Of a DNA stretch of 64,000 nt, positions 1-25,789 are shown piece by piece (within the stretch, counting starts at the first letter, position 1; the number at the start of each line of letters is the position of its first letter). This DNA is from Macrostomum lignano (Eukaryota): contig NIVC01000671.1 of NCBI GenBank assembly GCA_002269645.1, positions 186,001 to 250,000 of the forward strand, in the 5' to 3' direction. Below the pieces are notes generated by a model. That model ran no database searches. It was not told where the DNA came from and was given only the letters and a program-made list of their open reading frames with translations. The position numbers and the translations under genes were made by a program.

Positions 1-1795
1 TGCACTATCTAATTAGGCCTATATCCATTTTATCTAGGTAAGGCTTAGCGTAGCTAGTCAATTATGATTTTTTAAAGAGCAAGGTGTAAATTATAGATAT
101 TTTATTTTAACTAGGGGCCTTGAGCTTTAATTTCTTTCAGCGTTCAGGCGGTTCAGCATACTCGAAAAAGACTAGGCCCATATGCGTGGAATTTAACTGA
201 ATGTCCTGCTTATAAGCTTTAGACTTATAGAGACACATAAAAGTATATTGGTTAAAATAAGTATTAGCGCGAAAAAATGGAGCACCAAATTACGCAGTTC
301 GCAACTGGGACCCGTCGCTAGCAATAAGTGATCGGTGGTAACTCGTATGTCAAAGAAAAGACCTGAAAATCTATAAAATCGAATTGTAAAAATAAAACTT
401 TTTCTTCGCTTGCATTCTTCAATACCCGTCGAACAAGTCAAAGGGCAGGGCTAACGAGTCTTTTGGCATCCGATGAGCGACACAATAATCTTAGTAAGTT
501 TATTATGCTTATTATTTTGTTAAATATACTACAATTTTACAATCCGCTATATATATAGCTACCTTGGAAGAACCCCCTGCAAAAGTCCTCTCTGTCCTTG
601 CATGTTCCATGTAATCCTCTCCTGGAGCGTCTTTTTATCATCGGCTGACTTGTAGATTGACAGCTAAAAGACACAAGTTAGTAAGTTAAGTTCAGAGCCC
701 TTCTGACACCCGATTTCCAAAGAGCTGGTTTGGAAAGCCATGCTCACGTACTGGTGGCGGCAGATTAGCCTAATCTCCGGGTTAGTTGATTTCTGCTGTT
801 CAAAGTTTCCTGCTTATCTCTCGCTATGTTTTTAAGCTATATACATTTAGGACGTAGCTGCTCGCCACATATTTTTGCTATACCTTGGGGCTGACCATGT
901 ATCTGATATGCTGTAGCTTGGGGAGGACAGCTAGCATTATTAATGATAGATTTCTTTGCTCTAAGGTCTGACAAGCATTCCGATTAAAGAAAGCCGAACC
1001 AATCGATATATTCTAGCGGAATGGGCGACGCTCGCCTCCCCGCAGCGTCTTTGGACCGCCCTGCAGCTAAATCGATATATTCCTCATTTCCCTTTTTGAA
1101 TGACTCTTTTTAATGATTGGTGTATGTGACACATTCGCCTCTTTAATGTACATGTACATGTTAGAAGTAGCGATCTAGTAGGACACACGTATACTGTATA
1201 TAGATGCATGCATAAGATTTAAAGTAAGGATCACTGGTATAAGTACATAATAAAACCATTCATTTTTTTAACTACCTGATAGTCCAGTGGCCTGTCTCGT
1301 GTAAAGTCGTGCAGATCGGCATGCGGTCAATAAAATTTACAGCAGCGTATCTGATACACAGAGGGAATTATTTGAGTAGAGAACAGTGGATTAAACATTA
1401 GAAATCCCTCGGAAAACCGTACTGAGTGTTAATCACAAGATCCCTATACACATACCGTGTAGATGTACAAACATGTAGATGTACACACTTTCTTGTACAT
1501 CGTTGTACATGTACATATGATAAACATCATCAGGTATATGTAGGATGTAGCGCTACTGATACCGCAAATCCCATGTTAGAATAGTTCGTAGATACAACAA
1601 TACACATCCATGAGCAACTCCAACTTGGACTACCCAGCATGCAGAGCCCGATCATGATTCGCGCTTTCTACATATGTTAATGTTTCGACCCTACAGTATA
1701 CCTGATCTGTATTAATGTGAGATTAATCTACGCTTAAATTGCGCATTTTTTTACTTTTTAACACACTTTGGTTTATTGATCAAAAACCGTTCAAT

Positions 1796-3233
1796 TACAC
1801 CATTTTACCCTCGATTTTAAACAAGGAGAACTTCGAAACTGACAAACTCCTCTTCAATATTGACACTCTATGGTCGGGCACTCAAAATCTACAATCAATA
1901 TTGACAGATCAAGCTTCAATTTTGACAAACTCTGGTTCAATTTTGACAATGCACGTTTAGTCAACTTCTCCTAGAAAATTCGGTAACAAAGTAATCCAAT
2001 GAAAGCCTGAACGGTGCTGAAGTGAGCTGTGCAAAATCAGCTCATTTTGACCTTGCTTTTGGGATCTACAAGTAATGCTAAAGTTTATTTTTCTCCATCC
2101 TTTAACACACACAGTCTAAAATAGCCTGACTAGTTGGGCTGCAAAGTCCGGTTCTATTTTGACAGAGTTGCTTCAAAACTGACACTCTATGGTTTGTGTA
2201 CCCGAAAAGTCCGCTTCATTTTTGACAACTCCTAATCAATATTGAACAGTTTACAATCAGTTTTGACTGCTACCTTATTGCCCCGTCTGTTCTTTGTTGT
2301 GGATGCTTTAGAAAAAGGCCGTAAACACGTGGCATTGTTAACGATTCAAAGATCGAGGTATCGTACTCCCATTTTTAAATAACACGCAGATGTTAGATTT
2401 CTAGGTTATGTTAGGTATCTGGATCTGAGGATGACAGAAATATCTTGAGAAAACAGTGAACCAAGAAGTATTTACGATGTACGAATCGTCTATTTTCAGA
2501 GGCGATTGATTCATAGGAAGCACTAGCCCTCAATGGGTTCGGAAGCCAGGCAGCGTGGAACGTAGGAGAAACAGAGGTTGAGCCATCTAGCGCACTTCTC
2601 AGCCGTGACGCTCTGAACCGTGTTGTGCACTTAGATTAGAAACACGAACACAGAGCGAGAACTGCTTTTCTGTTCTTTTGAATTTCTCTGTGACAAGACG
2701 TGCATACGTTTGTCTGACCAACCATCTATGATGTAACAAGCCGTAGCCAATTAGATTCGAGGCACAAGCTGCCTCAAGACATAGACAAAAAACAAACTGC
2801 CATAGACAAAAGTCTGCCTCGACATTTCCAAGCTTTTCTCTTTAGTCAAAACTGATTGTAAACTGTTCAATATTGATTAGGAGTTGTCAAAAATGAAGCG
2901 GACTTTTCGGGTACACAAACCATAGAGTGTCAGTTTTGAAGCAACTCTGTCAAAATAGAACCGGACTTTGCAGCCCAACTAGTCAGGCTATTTTAGACTG
3001 TGTGTGTTAAAGGATGGAGAAAAATAAACTTTAGCATTACTTGTAGATCCCAAAAGCAAGGTCAAAATAAGCTGATTTTGCACAGCTCACTTCAGCACCG
3101 TTCAGGCTTTCATTGGATTACTTTGTTACCGAATTTTCTAGGAGAAGTTGACTAAACGTGCATTGTCAAAATTGAACCAGAGTTTGTCAGTTTCGAAGTT
3201 CTCCTTGTTCAAAATCGAGGGTAAAATGGTGTA
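1796..3233. mobile_element. Non-autonomous foldback/MITE-like DNA transposon with long terminal inverted repeats
   Basis: Left arm 1796-2268 and right arm 2844-3233 are near-perfect reverse complements (TACACCATTTTACCCTCGATTTT ... AAAATCGAGGGTAAAATGGTGTA). TA lies at both ends, consistent with a Tc1/mariner-type target duplication. The 575-bp spacer has no transposase ORF. Confidence 0.8.
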
Positions 3234-3818
3234 GAATTGGAATTGCATGGGTTGGATCTCATGGTTGCTGCATGGTTGTACGCTTAGGGGGCATAAACAT
3301 GCGAAGCCAAAGTATACCATCACCTATTTATATACGCAAACTAATGCAAGTAATGATTGCATTCGCAAAGAAGCGCGCGTCAACTTCTATCATGACGGAC
3401 GGTGAGGACCAGCATGAGGCATCGGTAGATGGTATCTAATGAGATCATGATGCAACTCTCCCATTTAAAATGCCACCTTCAATTCAAGAAAATACTTACA
3501 AAAACTGAAAGCGGTGCTTTTGCTGTCAGTGTGAGTCTATTTTTAGCCCGCAATGGCGGACAATAAAGAACTGCCGGAGACTTTACAATGTCTCAACAAC
3601 ATAGCCATGAAATTGCAGTGTGCATTGGAACGCTTAATAACAACAACAAAAGCTGGCTGTTGTTTCCGCTCTAAAAATAGAAGTTTTCGTATAAATCTGC
3701 TGTCAAAACAAGTTCGCTGCTCTACAAGAAATATGGAAGACCGTTTCTGTAAAACGTTTGTAGTCGCAATCGTGCTTCGTACTTGAATTTTGGTGCGTTT
3801 ATTGGTACAGCTACAAAC

Positions 3819-6484
3819 ATGAGTTTTCTAGGCCTCCATACAACTGAGGCTAGACGGACTTCATCAACCAGCTGCAAGTATGCCAGACGGTCGGCCATTG
3901 TCAAACTGCAGACGCCTTCTTCAATTGCGTCAGAGAGCCGCCGGAAGTGCGCCAGCGTCGGACCCGGCGAGTGGCAGCCGCAGGAACTCGGTGAGCTGAG
4001 CTGACGCAATAGTTGCTCTGTAGCTCGTAGGGAAACCTTAATTGTGGCTAAGCAGATTTAGAGCAGCATGAAATTAGCAATGAACCTGTTTGTTTCCCTT
4101 CTTTGTTTAGTGGATTTTGTAAGCATAGCATAGTTCTGAACTTATCAGGGTGTTTCAAAGTATACTTTTCCGAATGGTACTCAGGTGGCTCTCAGAAGCG
4201 CTCGTCTCAATCTGCTGGTCAAACTCAGCATCACGACGATGACAGCAGCATCAAGGACGCGAGCTTCTCCAGACCGAGGCGGCCGATTCGATCAGCGTCC
4301 GTGCTGGCGACGTCTCCAACTGGACCCTCTAAAGCGGTACCGCCGACGCCGCAGCGTTCCATGTCGGTGCTGCCGCCCGGATCGCGACGTCCCAGCATCG
4401 ACTCTGTCGGCGCGGCCTCCAGATCCGCCCGGCCAGCCGGCCTGGATTTTTCCGACGGGATGACGCGCTCTGGCCGGATCGACGAGCGAGACGAACTCAC
4501 CGGGAGCGAGTGCGACGACGCTGATGACGTCTTCGCTCCCATGGACGAGCGAGTCCAGACTATCGACTTCTCAAGAATGCGAACACAGAGCATCCAGATT
4601 ACTAAGAACGAGTTGCGTAAGAAAAAGGACACCTTGGCAGTGATAAAGAAGCAGGTGAAGCACTTCTTTCACGAGAATCGAACCGGACCCGAGACTGACG
4701 AGCAAGGCAACGTTGAACTGCCGATGAACCCGTTTGTACAGTCCAGAGAGGATCACGACTCCGGCCTGCTGCCAAGTCAGCGGCTGTTCCGCCTAGCCAG
4801 GCACGAGCAGCAGGAGCTGCGCGATCGGCATCTTAAACACAAGCAGCCCAATGGGCGTCACCGCGTACGGAGTGAAAGTGTTGATGACTACGAGTTCGCC
4901 TGGATTGTAAAACGCGTTTCCAAGAGCCCCGCTGCAGCAGCGAGCAGCAGCGCAGTGAGTGTCAGACATGACGAGCTCGGCGATGCACAAGCGGAAGCAA
5001 TAATGGTAGAGACCGGAAACAAACCAACAGAAGGCAACACACATGCGTCAAAAATTGGCTCGGATACCGTCGACTTTCAGGAGCGGGTGAACATGTTTCT
5101 TCAAGTCAAGAAGCCGAGCTCACTGGGGGTGCACAGCGAGTGTCCGGATGATTTGGAGCAAGTGAAAACGCGTCGGGCTCAGCTACTGTTCATGAATGGC
5201 TTGGTTGAGTCGCCACCGACAGACGCTCTCAGTCCAGAAGAGCGCGAGATACTTCAGAGCCGTCTGCTCGACCGAAACGGCAGTTCTGTTGACTTTGAAG
5301 ATGGTGGTAGATTTCCGTGCGACTGCTGCGGGTCGGCTGGCTCACTTGATGTCGACACGAGCCAGTCGGCCGCCAGATATTACGATCTGCTGTTTGCGCG
5401 CAGGAAGAACGACAGCTTCACGGTGCGATTCGATCTGGTGCACTGCCTGCCCAGGTTCCTGCTGCACTACAAGTTCCACAAGCAGCTGTACGACTGTCTG
5501 GACGCAGCGGAACGGCAAGACCTTGTGAAGGCGGCCACGGATATCACCACAAGCTACAACCTTGGCCATTGCACGCTGCAGATACCCCACGGAAAGTATC
5601 GCACCAATGCCTACCCGGCGTTCTTCGCTTACATCATTGTTCCGGACCACACCAAGTACCTGGAGATTTTCGAGGCCTGCAATCCGCCTGTAAAGCCGGG
5701 CGTGCGCCAGAAAAAGAGCAGCTGTGCGATCCCCAACTGGCCCGACAAGAGCTACGTGACCGAGTTCTGGACCTACTCCAAGGAGAGCTCGAGACCCAGC
5801 GACAAGGATCCAGGACTATCAATGAAGCTGTACGAGAAGAACGTGCTTCGCAAGCTGCAGCTGGTCAAGATGCCGGAGCTGCTGGTGACGCGCCGGAACC
5901 CGCGGTCGGAAGTTGCAAAACGGAAGCCCGCAAAGCAGCTGCGGAGAGAATTCGACCTGTTTGAGGACTTTTTGCTCATCCCGCACCAGGAGCAGCCAAT
6001 GCTCGGTTTCGGCTCACTTGAGGACCCAAAGCACGCCTTGGAATCGAGATCACCAGAGCCGGACATCAAGTTCCTGGACCGCCTGCTGCAGGCGATGAAC
6101 AGCTACGTCAGGCAGCACCTCAACACCCGACAGAGGCGACTGGATGGTAGGGAAGACCTGAGCTGCACTGTGAACCTCAGCCTGCACCACAGCTACGCGT
6201 TCAAGGGCCACCAACGGGTCTACGGCTTCATCGGCTTCCCCCCAGCCTCCACCTACTGGGCGGCTCTGGTGCAGGAGCAGCGGAAGAACGCCGCCCTGGC
6301 TGAGACGGCCGTCACTCAGGAGGACATCCGGCTTATGCGGGTGCCCGCGGTAAAGCTGGACAGAGTCAAAGAAGAAGGCAGCAGCAAAACTGAGGAAGAG
6401 GTTGCGCCTGCCGATGTGAAAGAATCGCCTGAGGACTTCATGGATGCAGTGCTGGCGAGACTGAATGGATGTCGAATGCAGTAG
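3819..6484 (+). CDS. Uncharacterised ~820-aa protein: disordered Ser/Arg/Asp-rich N-half, globular C-half
   Basis: GC-rich 793-codon ORF 4103-6484. Likely model join(3819..3990,4185..6484): donor CTCG|GTGAGC at 3991 and acceptor TCAG| at 4184 are both phase 1 and read ...QELG-GSQKRSS. The start codon is uncertain and an upstream exon near 3553 is possible. Confidence 0.75.
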
Positions 6485-6489
6485 CCAGC

Positions 6490-6618
6490 GCTTGTACTCT
6501 TGTACTTTTGTACTCTTGTACTCTTGTACTCTTGCACCCTTGTATTCTAGCACTCTTGCATTCCAGCACTCGTACTCTCGTACTCTTGTACTCTATAATT
6601 CTTGTACTTTTGTACTAG
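6490..6618. repeat. Degenerate 8-bp tandem repeat (TACTCTTG)n just after the stop codon
   Basis: Directly visible. Confidence 0.8.
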
Positions 6619-7467
6619 AGCTCCGCGCACTGATGCGTGCTCTGCAAATACACGTAAACTGCTTACTAATTTGCTTGTCAACCAGAGATGAGAAATTTTT
6701 CTCTAAAAAAGCTTATTCCAGCAAGGATTGGTTTAGTATTTTATCCCGTTGGTTCACCTGATGATGGAAATCATTGGCACTGTAAAATTCCATCATATCA
6801 TGCATTGTTTCTTTTTTCAATGAGGGAACTTGAACAAATGCTACCTGGTATTTTAATATATTATTACGAGCATAGTATTAAATATATTTCAATTAAGTTC
6901 AGTGCAGCACTGACTGCATTGCACCTCCTATTTATACACCAGTGAAAACACTGCCTATTTTTCATTTTTATCCGGTTATTAAATAATGGCCTGCTCGATA
7001 CTGCCTACTGATAACAGAGTAAAAGTAGAGCGTTACGATCGCGACGCGATTCTGTTGCAAAGGTAGGAATAGTTAGAGAACAATGAAATTGCTTGATAAG
7101 TGAGAAATAGTGGATATTTGTGACACAAGAAGTTTATTACAACACAGGCACTATTAACATCAAAGCTGCTTCTATTTATGTCGGAACGCAGCAAGAAATC
7201 AATGCAATTGGATCAGATATAGCTCATATTTGTAATATCGCGTTATTGACAGAGATCGACAGTAATTATTAAACTGTTATAACGTGCAGGTAATACACTG
7301 CAAGTACGGCACTGGCACGTAATAAACACACTTAGGATTTGCAGTGCAGGTGCAATATTATTAATTAGAAAGAAAATCACCAACTTTATAAATTTTGCGA
7401 CAAAACCATGAAAACAGACAAAAAACTTGCAAGTAGCGCATCTCAAGGTGGTAGCGCTTATCAATCA

Positions 7468-7940
7468 ACCAGGGACACCTGGAACCAGGGACACCTGGAA
7501 CCAGGGACACCTGGAACCAGGGACACCTGGAACCAGGGACACCTGGAACCAGGGACACCTGGAACCAGGGACACCTGGAACCAGGGACACCTGGAACCAG
7601 GGACACCTGGAACCAGGGACACCTGGAACCAGGGACACCTGGAACCAGGGACACCTGGAACCAGGGACACCTGGAACCAGGGACACCTGGAACCAGGGAC
7701 ACCTGGAACCAGGGACACCTGGAACCAGGGACACCTGGAACCAGGGACACCTGGAACCAGGGACACCTGGAACCAGGGACACCTGGAACCAGGGACACCT
7801 GGAACCAGGGACACCTGGAACCAGGGACACCTGGAACCAGGGACACCTGGAACCAGGGACACCTGGAACCAGGGACACCTGGAACCAGAGACACCTGGAA
7901 CCAGGGACACCTGGAACCAGGGACACCTGGAACCAGGGAC
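7468..7940. repeat. 16-bp minisatellite (ACCAGGGACACCTGGA)n, about 29 copies
   Basis: Near-homogeneous array; the unit contains the dyad CCAGG-GACA-CCTGG. Confidence 0.95.
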
Positions 7941-8150
7941 TAATTTTTTGAGAAAGTTGAGAAAAGTGACTCATTTCAGAAATAGAGAAAATAATTGGCA
8001 ACAACAGTAATTAAGTGTCCACAGAAAAATAAAAACTTTCTATATTGCCAAATTGTATACATTAGTACGAGTTAGTTTCACTAACTAGTAAAGTCGTGCG
8101 AGTAAAAGGTGACACAGGGCGGCAGTGCGTAGCGGCAGCGTCCCGGCACG

Positions 8151-21143
<12,993 letters not shown>

Positions 21144-21359
21144 GCTGCACCCGCTCCGAGTGTCTTATTGCGCTTCAAGAACTTCTGCGACAAAACTGGA
21201 ATGGTTTGGCGGAAACTTCATCTCTGCAAGGCTTTCCTCTCGTCTGCCTCATTCTTTCAGCTCACAATTCTTGAAGAATAAAGACTAGCTGTCTTATCAA
21301 AAGGAATACTACAGCTATGAGACTTACAAATGATGATGAGGCTTGCATGAGCATGTCTT

Positions 21360-21793
21360 TAGACTGGAGATTAGAGGGTTAGAATAATTGGAGATTGGAA
21401 ATCGGAGATTAGAGATTAGATATTGGAACTCGGAGATTAGAGATTGGAGATTGGATGGTTGAGATTAGAGATCTGAGATAAGAGATTGGAGGGTTGAGAT
21501 TAGAGGTTAGAGATTAGGGATTGGATATTGGAGTTTTGAGATTAGCAATTGGAGATTGGAGTTTTGAGATTGGAGATTGGATATTAGATATTGGAACTCG
21601 GGGATTAGAGATTGGAGATTTCAGGTTGGATGTTTGAGATTCGATATTTGAGATTAGAAATTGTAGATTTGAAGTTTGAGATTAGAGATTAGAGATTAGA
21701 GATTAGAGATTAAAGATTGTAGGTTTGAGATTAGAGATTGGAGATTGGAGATTAAAGATTGTAGGTTTGAGATTAGAGATTGGAGATTGGAGA
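21360..21793. repeat. Degenerate (GAGATTA/GAGATTG)n repeat
   Basis: Low-complexity 6-7-bp units. Confidence 0.8.
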
Positions 21794-21810
21794 CTGTACA
21801 AACAGCTTAC

Positions 21811-22020
21811 CCGAGAGTCTGGTGCCAAGAAGCGTTGCAGACTTGCGAAATTCGAGCAGTCGAAATTTTGTCAAGAAAACCGATCCTCCACTCTTTTCAT
21901 TCAGAGTCTGCAACATCTTTGTTTGAGCAGGAAGTTGAGCATTGGCTGGCAGAAGTTAGCCAACCAGAGCAGCTGGTGAAGTTCTAGCTTCAAAATCTAG
22001 AAGATAGCAGTTCCTATCTG
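21811..22020 (-). other. Possible 5'UTR exon of DUR3
   Basis: Strong minus-strand donor CGG|GTAAGC at 21810 and a candidate acceptor at 21289 flank a repeat-filled interval, like the other introns. The upstream boundary is a guess. Confidence 0.3.
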
Positions 22021-22231
22021 TGAGTAGCTTGAATTATATTATCAAAAATATTTGCATAGAAGAGAAACGGCGTGGTCCTGATCGAAATGACATTGCCATT
22101 TGAGTTATTTGGTGAAAAATTTTATATGCCTCTATAAAAAGTGCTTTTAATACAACTGATTGATAATACAATAATTAATAAAGTAGCAAAAACAATCTAT
22201 GATTCCAGCAGGCTTGAGTTGCGAGTCCAGA

Positions 22232-22442
22232 GAGGGAGAGTTGAGAGGGAGAGTTGAGAGGGAGAGTTAAGAGGGAGAGTTAAGAGGGAGAGTTGAGAGG
22301 GAGAGTTGAGAGGGAGAGTTGAGAGGGAGAGTTGAGAGGGAGAGTTGAGAGGGAGAGTTGAGAGGGAGAGTTGAGAGAGAGAGAGAGTTGAGAGAGAGAG
22401 TTGAGAGGGAGAGTTGAGAGGGAGAGTTGAGAGGGAGAGAGA

Positions 22443-22482
<40 letters not shown>

Positions 22483-22716
22483 GAGAGGGAGAGTTGAGAG
22501 GGAGAGTTGAGAGGGAGAGTTGAGAGGGAGAGTTGAGAGGGAGAGTTGAGAGGGAGAGTAGAGAGGGAGAGTTGAGAGGGAGAGTTGAGAGGGAGAGTAG
22601 AGAGGGAGAGTTGAGAGGGAGAGTTGAGAGGGAGAGTTGATAGGGAGAGTTGAGAGGGAGAGTTGAGAGGGAGAGTAGAGAGGGAGAGTTGAGAGGGAGA
22701 GTTGAGAGGGAGAGTT
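22232..22716. repeat. 13-bp purine-rich minisatellite (GAGAGGGAGAGTT)n with a (GA)n core
   Basis: Directly visible. Confidence 0.92.
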
Positions 22717-23084
22717 AGTACGTCAAAGGTCAACGTTTGTTTTCCTTGAGGCCAGCCACCCATGCGATCTTAAATGAATGCAAATCTTTTCCCCGTCGCT
22801 CGAAGGATTTAGGCTCAAGAAATAATTTACTAAAGTACATTGCAATCTGTAAACCTGCTATGTGTCTTGGGTTCAAATATCAACTCAAGGCAAAGAGAGG
22901 CAACCGGAGAACATTTGTTTATAAATTAATTTCTCAGCTTGTATTTGTAAATATTTTGACGGTGAAGCTCTTTCTTGAATTTTTTTTCAAAGCAAAGAAA
23001 ACTCTGTAGGTAAAGTTGTCAATCAAAAGTGAATAAAAAATATATCAATTGATGAGCCGAATAGTAAAAACATTAATCAGTCGG

Positions 23085-23094
23085 TCAGTCAGTC

Positions 23095-23168
<74 letters not shown>

Positions 23169-23307
23169 TAATCAATCAATCAATTAATCAATCAATTAAT
23201 CAATCAATCAATTAATCAATCAATCAATAAATCAATCGATCGATCAAGCATTCAATAAATCAGTCAGTCAATCAATCAATCCAATCAATCAATCAATCAA
23301 TCAATCA
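23085..23307. repeat. (ATCA)n microsatellite abutting the stop codon of the TIR exon
   Basis: Directly visible. Confidence 0.92.
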
Positions 23308-25733
23308 AGGCGGCCCGGAGATCTGCTGCACCCGCTGCACCAGCCGAGCCAGATTCTTCTTGGCCAGCCGCTCGCTCCCGATGTCTATGGCCGGAATCGC
23401 GGCCAGCCGTTTGCGCAGGCCGGCGGCGCAGCTGGAGTCGGGCGGCCAGGCGCAGAAGGTCAGCAGCACCGGCAGCAGCGGCCTGCGCTGCCTGTAGGCG
23501 GCTTCAATATCCGACTGGCAGTTCTCGCTGCGCAGATATTTTGGCGTGACGGCCAGCAGAACGCAGTGACAGTCGCGCATTGCTTTCTCGATGAACACCT
23601 GCGGATGTTTTGCAATAGATAGGAAACTAAGGGATATCTAGTAATAGGGTGGCGAAGCATTTAGCAAGCAAGGGTTTTAGTTCATTTACATGCTGAACCT
23701 TCTTTGCTGGCGCCCTCATCTGGCACTCAGTTTAGCACACTCATCTGGCAATCAGTTTAGCACACTCATCTGGCAATCAGTTTAGCACACTCATCTGGCA
23801 ATCAGTTTAGCACACTCATCTGGCAATCAGTTTAGCACACTCATCTGGCACTCAGTTTAGCACACTCATCTGGCAATCAGTTTAGCACACTCATCTGGCA
23901 CTCAGTTTAGCACACTCATCTGGCACTCAGTTTAGCACACTCATCTGGCACTCAGTTTAGCACACTCATCTGGCAATCAGTTTAGCACACTCATCTGGCA
24001 CTCAGTTTAGCACACTCATCTGGCACTCAGTTTAGCACACTCATCTGGCACTCAGTTTAGCACACTCATCTGGCACTCAGTTTAGCACACTCATCTGGCA
24101 ATCAGTTTAGCACACTCATCTGGCACTCAGTTTAGCACGCTCATCTGGCAATCAGTTTAGCACACTCATCTGGCACTCAGTTTAGCACGCTCATCTGGCA
24201 CTCAGTTTAGCACACTCATCTGGCACTCAGTTTAGCACACTCATCTGGCACTCAGTTTAGCACACTCATCTGGCACTCAGTTTAGCACGCTCATCTGGCA
24301 CTCAGTTTAGCACACTCATCTGGCACTCAGTTTAGCACACTCATCTGGCAATCAGTTTAGCACACTCATCTGGCACTCAGTTTAGCACACTCATCTGGCA
24401 CTCAGTTTAGCACACTCATCTGGCACTCAGTTTAGGAGAGTGCTAAGAAAGTGCAGCTACTGGTATTTATGATGGAGCTACACAAGAAATATTTATACAG
24501 TTAATATTTTATCTGATGTACTCTAACCGAAGGATTACCCACAAATTAATTATTAGTTACACAGCAGTCCGCCCGCGCTTATTATAAAGTGCATCTCTAA
24601 AAGAAACACCAATTTTGGTTGCCAACCTTTCGACTGCCGTCGTCACGAACGCCTTTCATGATCTGCAAAATAAAAAAAGTCGAGAAAAGTTTGCCAGCAA
24701 GCAGCGAGGTGAAAAAAAACAGTGAACTGTGATTTTTTACGAGAGCTATGATGGAGTTGATTTCTAAGCAAATAAACGAAAGCTTCTGATTTGACTAGCT
24801 GTAATTGCTGGCAAACACTAAAGAAGCGCGCTGTTGAAAAAAAACATTAAAATGGCACGGCTCGGCTCATTGTTTTTATGATTTTACGAGTATTTTGTTA
24901 TTCTCAGCTGACTGTGTAGCAATATGTGTAACAGATATGATAAAATAGATTCATAACACCAAAGAGTCGAGCTGTGCCATGCATTTTTTATGATATTTAG
25001 GTACAGAAAATGTACGTAGAATAAAAATATGACATAGAATCCTAATTTTGTGGACCTAAAACTTTATGAATATCAATAGAGCAATAAGATAGGCACAACA
25101 TATCAAAAGAAGAACATTGGGTCTGCCTCCTATCGAAAGCACTAACAATTTTTGTGCTGAAAAATGAAAACTTCCTATCTCTGTAGCGTATTTTTGGCGA
25201 AAAATGGCCTTCAAAACTTTTTCCACGAAACGCGAGGGTCGTGCCTTGGGGGTTGGCCTTCATGGGCGTGAATGGCCGTGACGAGAGAGTCAACCGGGTT
25301 TACGAAGAAAGTGATAGCAGAGTGTCGCATGCAGTGAAGTGATATTCAATTTATTGGCAAAGCTGAACTGTCAGGTCACTCCAATTACCTTCATGCTGCC
25401 CTCATCAGGACTCTTGTCGGTGTCAAGCTGCACTCGGATTCCGTGGCCAATCAGGAATCGCTTCAGCTCCAGCACAGCCTCGGTGGAGTCCCAGTGATAG
25501 GAGATGAACACGGAGGTCTGTTGAGGCTGCTGGCTGGGCACTGATGGTGCCAAGCTGGACTGTGTACCGGTTCGAGTCCTGATGAAGCCAGGAGAGGCTG
25601 GGTTAGGCTGCTGCGACTGGCTGGATGATGCAGCAGAGTCCAAACTGCGCGCAGGGGCTGCGAAGAAGTTCGGCAGTGTTGCCAGTTGGATTGCAGAGTT
25701 GTTCCAGTTTGCATAACTGGGGTTGGTAAGAGC
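23305..25733 (-). CDS. TIR-domain (TIR_2-type) coding exons; separate gene or alternative 3' end of the TIR-SAM-TIR gene
   Basis: complement join(25389..25733,24627..24662,23305..23598), all phase 0, 224 aa. Reads SVFISYHWD...IRVQLD...AMRDCHCVLLAVTPKYLRSENCQSDIEAAYRQRRPLLPVLL, the canonical TIR beta/alpha pattern. The 5' end is unresolved. Confidence 0.82.
23714..24433. repeat. 25-bp minisatellite (CTCAGTTTAGCACACTCATCTGGCA)n
   Basis: About 28 copies with C/A variants. Confidence 0.95.
24850..25240. repeat. Dispersed repeat, copy 1, with an internal inverted repeat
   Basis: Homologous to 32528-32760 (AAAATAGATTCATAA...GAGC(C/T)GTGCCAT; AACATTGGGTC; TTCCTATCT...GGCGAAAA). 24851-24886 is an inverted copy of 24943-24982. 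Confidence 0.65.
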
Positions 25734-25789
25734 CTGGGCAAAACAACTGCATGTCATTGTGGCTATGACATCACACCTTTCAATGTTAC

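Noticed and set aside
1-1740. Possible exons or mobile element in the first 1.7 kb, including TACATGTA-rich palindromic patches
   Set aside because: No ORF homology, termini or consistent splice pattern could be established.
7361-8010. Collagen-like PGTPGT repeat ORFs in several frames
   Set aside because: A stop-free 16-bp array, open in most frames on both strands, with no Gly-X-Y register.
21805-21987. Plus-strand protein-like tail (SLFEQEVEHWLAEVSQPEQLVKF)
   Set aside because: No upstream plus-strand exons are identifiable; a minus-strand donor at 21810 suggests DUR3 5'UTR instead.
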